In this document: positions 19,419 to 29,803 of the stretch, piece by piece | Layout: each line of letters starts with the position of its first letter | Numbering within the stretch: position 1 is the stretch's first letter | IMG/VR virus record: IMGVR_UViG_3300020477_000035 | Span: 1 to 53,276 of that record | From: a virus | Lineage: Duplodnaviria > Caudoviricetes | Direction: 5' to 3' (one strand) | DNA: 53,276 bases | Position numbers and translations under genes: made by a program | Notes under the pieces: generated by a model | Databases searched by the model: none | Told to the model about the DNA's origin: nothing | What the model saw: only the letters and a program-made list of their open reading frames with translations

Positions 19419-20507
19419 CTATTGAAATTTATATTTAAATATTACTACACCAGAACCACCAGCGCCTGTCAGACCCGAATTATAACCACCACCTGATCCA
19501 CCACCAGTATTTGCAGCTGCAGCTGCAGTAGTAGAATTGCTAGATGCTCCTTCAGTACCACCCCCACTAGTTACATGACCTTTTAATGTATTCCCATCTC
19601 CTGTTCCTCCGCCACCACCGCCTGATGCAAACCAACCAGAATCTCCTACACCTGTACCAAAATTTGTACTGAAATCTTTACCGGGACCACCATCACCAGA
19701 TTCAGTTTTAGAAGCACCTTGACCCACTCCTCCAGCTCCACCTCCACCTCCAGTATTATAATCAGGATTGTTATAACCAACTCCACCACCAAAACCAAAC
19801 CCATAAGTTCCAGAATCACCTGATTGTGAAGGCTGTGTTGCAAGACCACCTACTTGCTGAGCATTATTTGCTCCGCTACGATGGCCACTACCACCACCTG
19901 AACCGCCAGTACCATTATCCGGATAATTCACCTGACCACCTCCACCACCTTTTGCTGTAAAAATTGCTGAGCCTCCTGTTGAAACAGTAGAATCATTACC
20001 AGTATTCCCCTTACCGGATGATGTTTGTCCTGCGGCACCTGCACCAATTACAACGGGATATGTAGCTGTTGTTACTGTATGAGCGGCTTTATGTATAAGC
20101 CCTCCAGCTCCGCCACCACCGCCATAATATGCTCCTCCAGAACCACCACCAGCGACTACTAAAACTTCAACAGTTGCATCTGCAGCTGTTACAACAAAAT
20201 CACCTGAAGTAGTAAACGTATGAATTTTATAATCACCTAAAGCAGTTACAGTACCTCCAGTTGCTGCACTTATAGGACCTCCAATATGACCTTCACCTTT
20301 ACCTATATTAGTCCAGTAATTAGAATCTGTTGTAGCGTCAGTACAAGTCCACATCTCTCCTGTAGTTTTATTCATATAAAGAGAACCAACACCACCAGAA
20401 GGATTAGTAGTTTTAGTAGGATCACTACTACCTTTTTCGATAGTTTCATCACCAGCAGGAGCAGATCCTGACACATACATATTATCTTTTATTGTTGTTA
20501 AAGCCAT
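19419..20507 (-). CDS. Glycine-rich adhesin-like protein with shared adaptor domain
   Basis: TCTDATTDSNYWTNIG adaptor; ends GGSGVVIFKYKFQ. Confidence 0.8.
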   Translation of the reverse strand: MALTTIKDNMYVSGSAPAGDETIEKGSSDPTKTTNPSGGVGSLYMNKTTGEMWTCTDATTDSNYWTNIGKGEGHIGGPISAATGGTVTALGDYKIHTFTTSGDFVVTAADATVEVLVVAGGGSGGAYYGGGGGAGGLIHKAAHTVTTATYPVVIGAGAAGQTSSGKGNTGNDSTVSTGGSAIFTAKGGGGGQVNYPDNGTGGSGGGSGHRSGANNAQQVGGLATQPSQSGDSGTYGFGFGGGVGYNNPDYNTGGGGGAGGVGQGASKTESGDGGPGKDFSTNFGTGVGDSGWFASGGGGGGTGDGNTLKGHVTSGGGTEGASSNSTTAAAAANTGGGSGGGYNSGLTGAGGSGVVIFKYKFQ

Positions 20508-20522
20508 TTAGTTATCTCCTGC

Positions 20523-21149
20523 TTAGTCTTTTGTCAACGAAACAAATGATGGATCAGCATCAGCTGTAGGATCTACTGCGACATAGTAGCTTGTCATATT
20601 CTTATGTTGTGTATATGATTCTGTATCAGAACTCCAATCTTTAGCATCATTATCCCATAATTTACGAACCTCTGTATAAGATGTTGCTTCGTATGCTTTG
20701 ATAGCATCCATATCTGCTAGTGCATTAATTTCTGTTTCTTTGTCATTACTTTCTGTACGAACAGCTGCACGATATGTTTTAACATCCGCAGGCATTGCTT
20801 CTCCACCTTCCATTTCACGAATAGCCATCCAATCATGTTTGGAAAGTAAAACTGCTGCAGCTTGTTTTGCTGTAGTAATCATACCAGCTTTTAAACTTGC
20901 AATATCACGATCAATAGCTGCATATGAACCAACAACATCATCTGCATTAACCGTGTATGTAAGTTCGCCTGAATAATGATACCTGCCATCTACTGTATTT
21001 TCAGAATATGGATAAACACCAATATTTTTCAAATCATCAGTTGACCATTTAGTAAAAATACTTTTGGGATGTGTAACACCATCTACTTCCATATCAATAG
21101 GATGCACCATTGTTCTTACTACTTCGTTACTATGTACTTGAGCCCACAT
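20523..21149 (-). CDS. Putative tail-fibre assembly chaperone-like protein
   Basis: LLSKHDWMAIREME...MPADVKTYRAAVR resembles the L..xDW...R...P...YR..LR motif of phage tail assembly chaperones; follows a large fibre gene. Confidence 0.55.
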   Translation of the reverse strand: MWAQVHSNEVVRTMVHPIDMEVDGVTHPKSIFTKWSTDDLKNIGVYPYSENTVDGRYHYSGELTYTVNADDVVGSYAAIDRDIASLKAGMITTAKQAAAVLLSKHDWMAIREMEGGEAMPADVKTYRAAVRTESNDKETEINALADMDAIKAYEATSYTEVRKLWDNDAKDWSSDTESYTQHKNMTSYYVAVDPTADADPSFVSLTKD

Positions 21150-21160
21150 ATTTTTTTCTC

Positions 21161-24100
21161 CTATCTTGCGTTTGAATATTTAAAAGGTTGTTCAGCTATT
21201 GCGTAATACAAATAAGTATTAGTGTTCATACCAGCCCCACTATCTCGTATTTTGAAACCGTTACTCAGAAAATCAATTCCACCACCATTACTAATTGTTG
21301 TTTCTGCTTCAGCATCAGATGCCTTAAATGCCGCTGTTACTGGATTCAAGGTATCTCTTGTATTATCGTGCATGGGCCAACCATAACTTCCATTTATATC
21401 TTTTATTAAAATCCAAGCTGGAGTGAAACCTGTATAAATAAAAGTTCCATCGCTGCTGCTGTTACCCTTATAAGCCCCAATTTTGGAATAACCTTCAACA
21501 TCATGGAAGCAATAACTAACATAATCATAACCGGGATGATTGGTTGCACTATCTGTACCTACCGAAAAAACAGTTGATGTTGGTGCAGTATCAACCCAAG
21601 TTGTAGATTCATCTACTACACTTCCTTGTTGGTTTAATCGCAAGTAATCTGTAAAATCCATTGAACCCAAAGGTTGGATAGATCCGACTCGCCATTGGTC
21701 TGCATGCGAATAGGCTTTGGTAATAACAAAATTAGGAGCTTTGGTTAAACCGTGTCCGACTGTGCCATTACCTGCTGCGCCTGAATGAGTTACAATAGAA
21801 AATCCTGCAGCTGTATTTGCTGAAACAACAGAATTTATACTACCATCTGTATTTGCAGTACCAGCTCCACCTGCTTTCCAACTCCAAGAAGCATAAGTAT
21901 CACCACTTCGGCTATACCAATCGTCAATCCCGTCAACCGTAAATCCAGTTGTGAGAAGCACTGGCGCACCACCGTTGCCGGGGGTACTTTCTCCATTTGA
22001 CAAATGTGAATGTAAAACTTTTCCATCACCTCTAAGAGTATCTACTAGAATATGCTCTGATGCACGACCTCTATTCTTAACCCAAACTAAATCGGTATCA
22101 AAACCAGTTGTAATTGTTTGACTACTTCCAGTACCAGTATATAAAGCTGTATTAAAATTTTCAGCAGGCTTAACAGTAGGCTCTGGTAAATTAGCAGAAC
22201 AAGCTGCTAAGTAATCAGTAGGTGGTGCATATTTAAAATTACCATAACTGTTTCCATCTGCATTTCCACCTGCACTTACATGACCAGCGAATGTACCATC
22301 TTGGCCAAAGTTAGCTATTGCTGAGGAATTATATACACCCATATTAAAAGTCATACAATCGTATTGTCCTGGTGTCCAAGTAAATGCCGCACCCGTTTTG
22401 CTTCCACCACTAGTAGGATCACCACCACCCTGCCATGCTCCATTTTTTGCAAAATAGACCGCACCATTATCACAATCCAAAGCGACACTAATAATATCTC
22501 CAACTGTAAAACTATTCCCATAATTAGACTGAGATTGACCAATCCATTTTTTACCTTCTTTTGGTTCGTAAGCACATGAATCAGGCATCTGTCCAACTTG
22601 ACCGCCAGATGGATACCCTGCATTAGTTGGAAAATCATACGCTCTATTACCACTCACTCCAATCCACGGATAATAACCACTACTGTTGTCTGATATTACA
22701 TATATTTCGGTATACCACATACCAGTTTCAAAACCCCAACTTGATATTACATTTCCTGTATCATTACCGCTGAAAATCGCTTCTAAGTTTCCTTCCTTGA
22801 GTGTAATAAATGATCCATCGGTAAGATCACTCCAAGTACAATAATTATTAGACGGACAATCTATCATCTGATCGTGAGAAGTAATATTGTTTAGTGTAAA
22901 ATGATTTTCATTTCCACTTGCATCATTACCTAATCCACCTGCTACACCAGCTGAATCAGTAATATCTGTGCTACCGTCAGAATGATCCGATTGTACTAAT
23001 ATTAATGTATTTGTATCAGATGTATGAGCTTCAGTTGGAACTGTGATGGTATCTGTATTTCCAGTATTAGGAGAAGCCTCAAAAGGATTACCTTTATATA
23101 CTCTAATATCATCCATCCAACCATTAAATGCTTCTGTTCCATTATACTTAGAACCAATATATACTTGTCCACCTGTAGTATGTGTTTGAGTATTTTGAAT
23201 ATAACCACATTGAGTTCCATCTACATACATACCAACTTCATTTGCTTTTTTGATCCACATTACATGATGCCAGTCATTATCAGTAATTAAACCACCATTA
23301 CCAGTACCACTACCATTAAACTGTGTACCACCACCATTACTTAAAATAGTATAATGGCCAGTAGTACCGTCGCCAATATGATAGAATCCCCATCTATCGG
23401 AAGTGCCAGTACCATGACTTATATACCATTGAGTACCAGCATAACTTGCAAATTTTACCCATGCATCAAAAGTCCATGAACTCGTAGTATCTTCAAATGG
23501 TTGAAACAATGCAGAATCAGCATTAGTTAATTCCAAAAAGTCATAACTACCATCCATTCTAATTGATGATCCACCCCATTTAGATTCAGCAGTATCATGG
23601 TGAGTTTGATTAACAGAATTAATAGACTTGTGTGTAGCACTATTTGAAAAAGGTAAATAAAAACTATTACTATTGTATGATCCCTCATATTCTATTGGTT
23701 TCCATTCTCCGTAATCACCTGTTTCACCAAAGGCTTCTGGACCTAACGCCTGTCCGTCAATAAAATAAAACTGTGAAACAAGACCATCAAAAACAGAACT
23801 ACCGCTCTCATGTGCGCCAATTCTAAAATTAACATTGCTATGAGAATAGTTATTAGCTGTTCGGTCGTAAGTCCCTCCATCATTATAATCATGTTCTACA
23901 CCATTTACATATAACCTAAATGAATTAGCATTGCCTAGACCATCAGAAGATACAACAACGTGCATCCAGTTTGAAATATCTCGACAATATCTTTCTGTAT
24001 TCATATGTTTACCGGATCTTTTTTCAACATTCAAAGAATCATCACCTTGGAATCCCATGTGATCTTCTAAACCAAAACGATAAACGTATCTCATCTTTGC

Positions 24101-24304
24101 TACAGAATTTGAATCCAAACCTAGTTTACCTCTCTTAACCCAACAAGAAGTTGTATAAGCACCATTAGCTGATGTACTATGAGAACTACGTTCTAAAAAA
24201 TGTGTATCTTCTCTTTCAAATCTTATTGATGAAGTAGCACCTGTAAACGTAGGAAGTCCTCCACTAGCTCCAGCTGGTATAGATGTTCCGTGAAATATTG
24301 CCAT
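21161..24304 (-). CDS. Virion adhesin with LamG/concanavalin-like, SPRY-like and C-terminal beta domains
   Basis: TTSCWVKRG..WMHVVV..RLYVNG (LamG), WTFDAWVK..WHHV..GWMDDIRV (second LamG), GMWYTEI..GDIISVALDCDNGAVYFAKNG (SPRY-like), DLVWVKNR..HGLTKAP..YVSYCF C-domain. Confidence 0.8.
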   Translation of the reverse strand: MAIFHGTSIPAGASGGLPTFTGATSSIRFEREDTHFLERSSHSTSANGAYTTSCWVKRGKLGLDSNSVAKMRYVYRFGLEDHMGFQGDDSLNVEKRSGKHMNTERYCRDISNWMHVVVSSDGLGNANSFRLYVNGVEHDYNDGGTYDRTANNYSHSNVNFRIGAHESGSSVFDGLVSQFYFIDGQALGPEAFGETGDYGEWKPIEYEGSYNSNSFYLPFSNSATHKSINSVNQTHHDTAESKWGGSSIRMDGSYDFLELTNADSALFQPFEDTTSSWTFDAWVKFASYAGTQWYISHGTGTSDRWGFYHIGDGTTGHYTILSNGGGTQFNGSGTGNGGLITDNDWHHVMWIKKANEVGMYVDGTQCGYIQNTQTHTTGGQVYIGSKYNGTEAFNGWMDDIRVYKGNPFEASPNTGNTDTITVPTEAHTSDTNTLILVQSDHSDGSTDITDSAGVAGGLGNDASGNENHFTLNNITSHDQMIDCPSNNYCTWSDLTDGSFITLKEGNLEAIFSGNDTGNVISSWGFETGMWYTEIYVISDNSSGYYPWIGVSGNRAYDFPTNAGYPSGGQVGQMPDSCAYEPKEGKKWIGQSQSNYGNSFTVGDIISVALDCDNGAVYFAKNGAWQGGGDPTSGGSKTGAAFTWTPGQYDCMTFNMGVYNSSAIANFGQDGTFAGHVSAGGNADGNSYGNFKYAPPTDYLAACSANLPEPTVKPAENFNTALYTGTGSSQTITTGFDTDLVWVKNRGRASEHILVDTLRGDGKVLHSHLSNGESTPGNGGAPVLLTTGFTVDGIDDWYSRSGDTYASWSWKAGGAGTANTDGSINSVVSANTAAGFSIVTHSGAAGNGTVGHGLTKAPNFVITKAYSHADQWRVGSIQPLGSMDFTDYLRLNQQGSVVDESTTWVDTAPTSTVFSVGTDSATNHPGYDYVSYCFHDVEGYSKIGAYKGNSSSDGTFIYTGFTPAWILIKDINGSYGWPMHDNTRDTLNPVTAAFKASDAEAETTISNGGGIDFLSNGFKIRDSGAGMNTNTYLYYAIAEQPFKYSNAR

Positions 24305-24328
24305 TGTTATCCTCTTTTTTAAATATGA

Positions 24329-24727
24329 TTATGCCATTACCGCAGAATTAGTTAAATATGCACACGTTCCATCATCAATGTAACTAATGATATATGTACC
24401 AGCTGCTGTTACTGTTGTAGCAAGATTTGCATCTGCTTTTGTATATGTTTCAAGTGAAATGGTATGTCCACCAGAATTAACAAGAATAACAAAGCCAGAT
24501 TGTCCACTTACATGATTTGAAAAAGTTAATGTAATATTTCCAGATGGAGTACATTTAAAATTCTGTCCACCATTCAAATCAAAGTTTCCATCATTATCTG
24601 TTACTATTGTTGCACGTTGAGAACCTGTCCATGAGCGATCATTATTGAAAACATCATTATTTAAATTAGCATTAGGTAAAGAAAATGATGCTGCAATATT
24701 ATCATGTGTTATTTTTGTTTGAGCCAT
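24329..24727 (-). CDS. Small fibre adaptor-like protein
   Basis: 132 aa, MAQTKI N-terminus, beta-rich; lies directly before the LamG/SPRY gene. Confidence 0.7.
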   Translation of the reverse strand: MAQTKITHDNIAASFSLPNANLNNDVFNNDRSWTGSQRATIVTDNDGNFDLNGGQNFKCTPSGNITLTFSNHVSGQSGFVILVNSGGHTISLETYTKADANLATTVTAAGTYIISYIDDGTCAYLTNSAVMA

Positions 24728-24752
24728 TTTTATTTTCCTCTATGATTGTTGT

Positions 24753-27700
24753 TTAATAATTGACTGCCCATCCATGCAGCTGTGTTTGTTTACCTGCTGT
24801 GTAAGAATCATCAGTAAATAAATTTCCTGTACCATCCCCATGAAGTAACAATACTGTATTTCCATCTGGTGTAAACGCTGATGTACTTGGTGTAAAAGCT
24901 GTATTATATGTATAACGAGCTACATTAGAAATTCTAACTTCATCCAAATAACCATTAAGACTATTCAAACCAGCATAAGTATTTCTACCCATTTCTAATG
25001 GTAAACTCAGATTTTGCATTGTATGTGTATGACTCCTTGTATATACAGGTGTACCATCTATATACAAACAGAATTGATTGGTAGAATCACGTTGATATGT
25101 GATATGATACCATGTATTAGCAGAAAGTCCACCAGATACACAATATCCAAAAGTTGTACTTGCATTACAACAAGTCGCTTCAATAGTATTATTAGCTTCC
25201 ATATGTATCATCCATTGGAGTCCAGATGTTGCAGCATTACTAAACACTCCCATTAGACTTTGTTTTTGGAGAACATTGAAGCGCACCCAAAACTCAACAG
25301 TCCAATCTGTACCTAAAGTCCATAAATCATTATCTGGTATGCTTACATAATCACCATTACCATCAAAATAAATTGATGATGTACCAATCTTTTTCTGGGT
25401 TCCTTCATGCGATACCCCAACTCTTGTAATAGTACGAGCATGACTACTACTATCGGTGAATGTTGTACTACCATCAGCCTCGTCAGAATGAATTAATAAT
25501 AATGTATTAGCATCAGATGTAAACGCTGCTGTTGGTTCAGTATATGTTGCACCAGTATAACGTGCTACATTTGAAATTCTAATTTCATCAAGATACCCAA
25601 CCATTCCAGAATCGTTAGTAGGAGTATATCTTCCAACAATTAATGGATCACTAGTAACAGCATGGTCAAAATTATTAGCACCAGAAGTTTCAAGTACACC
25701 ATTTAAATATAGATAATCTATATCATTAACACGATCCATTACAACTGCAAGATGACTCCATTGGTTTAATGGAAGAGGAGCTGCACTATCAAGTAGATGC
25801 CATGTAGCAAATCCAGCGGACTTCGGACATCTAAAACGTAATGTTCTGTCTTGATTCATTTCTATCATCCAACCGTCAGGGTCATAATAAGATAGAATCG
25901 TATTATTATAAGCCATTGGTTGTGAAGAAGCAGTAGGTTTTATCCAACATTCTATTGTTAAAACACCATTATTATTAGGTCTCCAATCGTCGCTGTGTGG
26001 TACAGTTAAATATTCACTTCCACCTTGACCGGCCGCAGAAGTAAGATTTATTCCGGAATTACCAAATTTTGCAACATAATTAGAATGCGTAACATCACCT
26101 ATAGGTGCAATAATATTACTTTTAACTTCATCCGATGTAAATGTTACACTATTATTGGCATCGTCTGAATGAATTAATAATAATGTTTGATTATCTTTTA
26201 CAAACTTTGTTTTACTTGGTGTAAAGTTAGCGGTATAACGTGCTACATTAGAAATACGAATTTCATCTAAAAAACTTCCAGCTGGAAGGCAGTTACTACC
26301 ACCTCCAGAGGTTTGCTGTTTTCCAAAAAACCATCCCGTATTAACATTGGTCTGATTCAAACCAGCATGCGTATCTTTAGCTTCTAAAACTCCATCTACA
26401 TAACCATAGATAGAATCACCATATCTAACAAAAGCAAGATGATGCCATACATCATCACAAATATTTTTCGTTGAATCTAGATCACTACTTCCACTAGAAG
26501 CAAAATACGCACCTGTACCGCCATTATGTCCAACATAGCATTGAAATCTACCACCACTATCCGTTCCAAAATGTAATCCTATATCCGCCCATCCACCACC
26601 AGTTGCATTACCTAAAATTCCACCACCACTATTAACTGTTGAAGCTTTATACCAAGTTTCTACTGTAAAATCATTAGTTCCAAATTCCCAATCAGCATGG
26701 TCAGGTATAGATAAAAAACTACTACCATCAAACTCAATTGCTGTTCCGCCAACTGGTGGCGCTGCGTTAAAATGACTAACAGCAGTTGGTGTAATAGTAT
26801 AACCATTGGAACTACTGTCGGTAAATGTTGTACTACCATGTGCAGTATCTGAATGAACTAATACGACAGTATTTGAATCACTTGTAAATGCTGTTGTACT
26901 CGGTGTAAAATTAGAAGTATATCTTGCATTATCAGAAATTCTTACTTCATCTATTTTACCACCAAAATATTCACTATTACCATAAGAACCAATATATATA
27001 GGTGATGATGCGTCTGTTCTAAACCAAGGATTAGTAGAAGTATATTGATGTTGTTGAGTACCATCAACATAAATTTTAATATTATTTGATCCAGTTCCAC
27101 TTCTAACCCAAGCTAAATGATGCCAATTTCCATCATGTAAACCTGTTGGGCCGAATAATTGGTTTACATTATGAGCTTGTGCCATAAGTTGACCATTAGA
27201 AGAATCACGGAAACCAATCTGTGTAGTTGTAAGACCAGCATGATGTCTTGAAAGCATAGTACCACCATTACCAGAATGATCTGACGCTACGGTATTAAAC
27301 CAAAATTCAACAGTAAAATCGTTTGGAAAATCAAAATCGTCTGAATGTGGTATGGATAAATGAGAAGTTGGTGAAGAACCACCATTCCCAGTAAACTTCA
27401 TACAAGATTTACCAATCTTTCCAGAATCAACTAATGCAGTAGAATGTTTAACATCACCGTGAGGAGTTATAACATTTGCTGTATTTCCAATCGCAGAAGC
27501 ACCTTGTTGATTAGCAAACTCTGCTTTCATCTTAACTGCTGTACCAGTACCACCTGTTAATGTAGTTTTTGGTAATGTAAGTAACTTGGTTGTTCCATCA
27601 AATGTAATTGGATTATCATAAGAAGCAGCTTCTGTCCAGTTAGCACCATCATCACTTGAAAAATGAACTTTCAAATCAGTACCGATTGTAGATGCATTAT

Positions 27701-29786
27701 CTGTTCCATCAGCATACATCATTATACCAGATGCTTCACTAACTGTTGCATCAGCTGTTGTTGCTGTTGAAACTAAAGTTCCTACTGTATTAGTTGACGT
27801 TGGTGCATAAAGTGGTATAAAGAAATCTAATGCAGCGGCACTATCACTATTTGCTACATGAGAACCTACTGAAATTTTAAGATGTCTTGCTGTTACAGGA
27901 GTACCAAAAGTAATGTGAGCTCCATGCTTGTGATGATTACCACCATTAGTTACGTTGGTAATTACACCAGTAGCATCAGTTGTTATAGACACATTATTAT
28001 CTATAGCTAAGTTATATCCAGTAAGAGAAGCAGAAGTAGAACCTGTTTGATCCATGATTGTCCAATTAGTTCCATCATCACTATATTCTAACCGCCATGT
28101 TTTTACCATAGCATAATTATTGTGAAATCCAATTTTAATACCTGACCATGTATAAGCCGCTTTATAATCGACCATCATGGAGTGAGTCCAATTTGTCGGA
28201 GAGTCAGTCCATGCTAAATAGGTGTTATTACTATTCTTTGCAATCGTATGTGTAGTGCCACTATTGTTATAACTGTTTATATCGGGAAATGCACCAGAAG
28301 AAACAGAAAAAACTTGGTCTGCAAAATTAGTATAAGGCCAATCAGTCGCACTCCCAGCGACATTAGTAGATACATACTCACCAGTTGTATCTCTACCAAC
28401 ATTCTCAGAGCCTGTGTTTGGTACAGCGACTTGAGCTTCACCATGAATCAACAATAATGTATTTGCATCAGATGTAAACGCGGTTGTACTTGGTGTGAAA
28501 GCAGAAGTATAACGTGCTGTATTAGAAATTCTAATTTCATCCATATATCCAACAAAATCCATACTACTAGTAACTCCATTATCAGAACCAATACCAAGAT
28601 TAGTACCACCTCCTAATGTCGCAGAACTCGGAGTACCAGAATATTTTTGTACGCCATCTAAAAACATTTTTACTGCATTGCCACTTCTTGTGACTGCCAC
28701 ATGATGCCATGTGCTTGTACTAAAACCCGTACTAACATTACCTGTATGCCAACTATTTCCATAAGAATTAAATTTTATTATACCACTACCATTACAGTAA
28801 AGACCCCAACCACCACCACCGCCAGTAGTATGATTACAATTTCCAATTATATGAGCATTACTATTGCTTTCTGTATTATACATCCATAATTCTATTGTAA
28901 AATCATCCAAGTCAAATAGATTATTTACTTGTAAGTAATCACCCGTACCATCAAACGCTATTGAATGAGTACCAATTTTTTTCTCTGTTGTTGATGCAGC
29001 TGCATTACCACTTGCTGTTACTGTGCGTGCTGAAGAAGATGCATCACTCATAGCTGGAACTCCGGCTACACCATTATAAGCAACCCAACCAGTATCATCT
29101 TCAAAGTGGTCATAATATGATTGTACAAAATTTATTTTTGTTTTATTTTCAAGATTCATCCAATGCATACCAACAGAATTTAAGGCATGCCATTGAGGCG
29201 TTACATCACTAGTAAACGAATTAGGCAAAGACCCGGTAAGTTTACCAGCATCCAATGAAACGATCTTAGAGTTGGTTAATGTATATCCAGAAGGAAGGAC
29301 ACCTGAAGATGTTTCAAGTCGTAGAAAAAGAATAAATATTTCAGTACCAGCTACAGGAGCTTCATCAAAAGTCAATGTTGTTCCAGACACCGTATAATCG
29401 GTCGTAGGTATCTGAGTAAGACCATTCAACGATACCATAATTTCTTCTGGATTTGTAACAGAATTATTTAATGTAACTGGTGTAGTTGTTGCATTACCAG
29501 TACCTCTTTGATATTCAACATAGTCTAATGCTTTAATAGTTGTTAAATGTAATTCTCTTTCAATGAAAACAACGAATGTTGCTTGAGTTGGTGCTAAAGC
29601 GAAAACGATATTTTTACCATTAACAGTAAAAGCAACGCCTGGCTCTTGAATAATACCACCAACTGAAACAACCAAACCATTCTCTGCTGAATAATAGTCT
29701 AGCTCAAACGTAGTAGTTACACTATCAAATGCTAGAGTCTGTTTTTCAAGAACACCACCCTCAATGTCTTGTCCTATATAAGCCAT
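24753..29786 (-). CDS. Large virion adhesin: two MAYIG-type N-domains, five LamG-like domains, one discoidin-like domain, C-term HGWAVNY
   Basis: Five repeats of FT[IV]E.W...WHH[LV]A..R...G.[LM]DE[IV]RISN.ARY; WRLEYSDDGTNWT discoidin-like motif. Confidence 0.85.
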   Translation of the reverse strand: MAYIGQDIEGGVLEKQTLAFDSVTTTFELDYYSAENGLVVSVGGIIQEPGVAFTVNGKNIVFALAPTQATFVVFIERELHLTTIKALDYVEYQRGTGNATTTPVTLNNSVTNPEEIMVSLNGLTQIPTTDYTVSGTTLTFDEAPVAGTEIFILFLRLETSSGVLPSGYTLTNSKIVSLDAGKLTGSLPNSFTSDVTPQWHALNSVGMHWMNLENKTKINFVQSYYDHFEDDTGWVAYNGVAGVPAMSDASSSARTVTASGNAAASTTEKKIGTHSIAFDGTGDYLQVNNLFDLDDFTIELWMYNTESNSNAHIIGNCNHTTGGGGGWGLYCNGSGIIKFNSYGNSWHTGNVSTGFSTSTWHHVAVTRSGNAVKMFLDGVQKYSGTPSSATLGGGTNLGIGSDNGVTSSMDFVGYMDEIRISNTARYTSAFTPSTTAFTSDANTLLLIHGEAQVAVPNTGSENVGRDTTGEYVSTNVAGSATDWPYTNFADQVFSVSSGAFPDINSYNNSGTTHTIAKNSNNTYLAWTDSPTNWTHSMMVDYKAAYTWSGIKIGFHNNYAMVKTWRLEYSDDGTNWTIMDQTGSTSASLTGYNLAIDNNVSITTDATGVITNVTNGGNHHKHGAHITFGTPVTARHLKISVGSHVANSDSAAALDFFIPLYAPTSTNTVGTLVSTATTADATVSEASGIMMYADGTDNASTIGTDLKVHFSSDDGANWTEAASYDNPITFDGTTKLLTLPKTTLTGGTGTAVKMKAEFANQQGASAIGNTANVITPHGDVKHSTALVDSGKIGKSCMKFTGNGGSSPTSHLSIPHSDDFDFPNDFTVEFWFNTVASDHSGNGGTMLSRHHAGLTTTQIGFRDSSNGQLMAQAHNVNQLFGPTGLHDGNWHHLAWVRSGTGSNNIKIYVDGTQQHQYTSTNPWFRTDASSPIYIGSYGNSEYFGGKIDEVRISDNARYTSNFTPSTTAFTSDSNTVVLVHSDTAHGSTTFTDSSSNGYTITPTAVSHFNAAPPVGGTAIEFDGSSFLSIPDHADWEFGTNDFTVETWYKASTVNSGGGILGNATGGGWADIGLHFGTDSGGRFQCYVGHNGGTGAYFASSGSSDLDSTKNICDDVWHHLAFVRYGDSIYGYVDGVLEAKDTHAGLNQTNVNTGWFFGKQQTSGGGSNCLPAGSFLDEIRISNVARYTANFTPSKTKFVKDNQTLLLIHSDDANNSVTFTSDEVKSNIIAPIGDVTHSNYVAKFGNSGINLTSAAGQGGSEYLTVPHSDDWRPNNNGVLTIECWIKPTASSQPMAYNNTILSYYDPDGWMIEMNQDRTLRFRCPKSAGFATWHLLDSAAPLPLNQWSHLAVVMDRVNDIDYLYLNGVLETSGANNFDHAVTSDPLIVGRYTPTNDSGMVGYLDEIRISNVARYTGATYTEPTAAFTSDANTLLLIHSDEADGSTTFTDSSSHARTITRVGVSHEGTQKKIGTSSIYFDGNGDYVSIPDNDLWTLGTDWTVEFWVRFNVLQKQSLMGVFSNAATSGLQWMIHMEANNTIEATCCNASTTFGYCVSGGLSANTWYHITYQRDSTNQFCLYIDGTPVYTRSHTHTMQNLSLPLEMGRNTYAGLNSLNGYLDEVRISNVARYTYNTAFTPSTSAFTPDGNTVLLLHGDGTGNLFTDDSYTAGKQTQLHGWAVNY

Positions 29787-29803
29787 TTATTGTCCCTTCC
29801 GTA

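Noticed and set aside
3907-20507. Invertase-driven shufflon
   Set aside because: All paralogs are co-oriented complete genes with their own starts; no inverted crossover sites or recombinase were seen.
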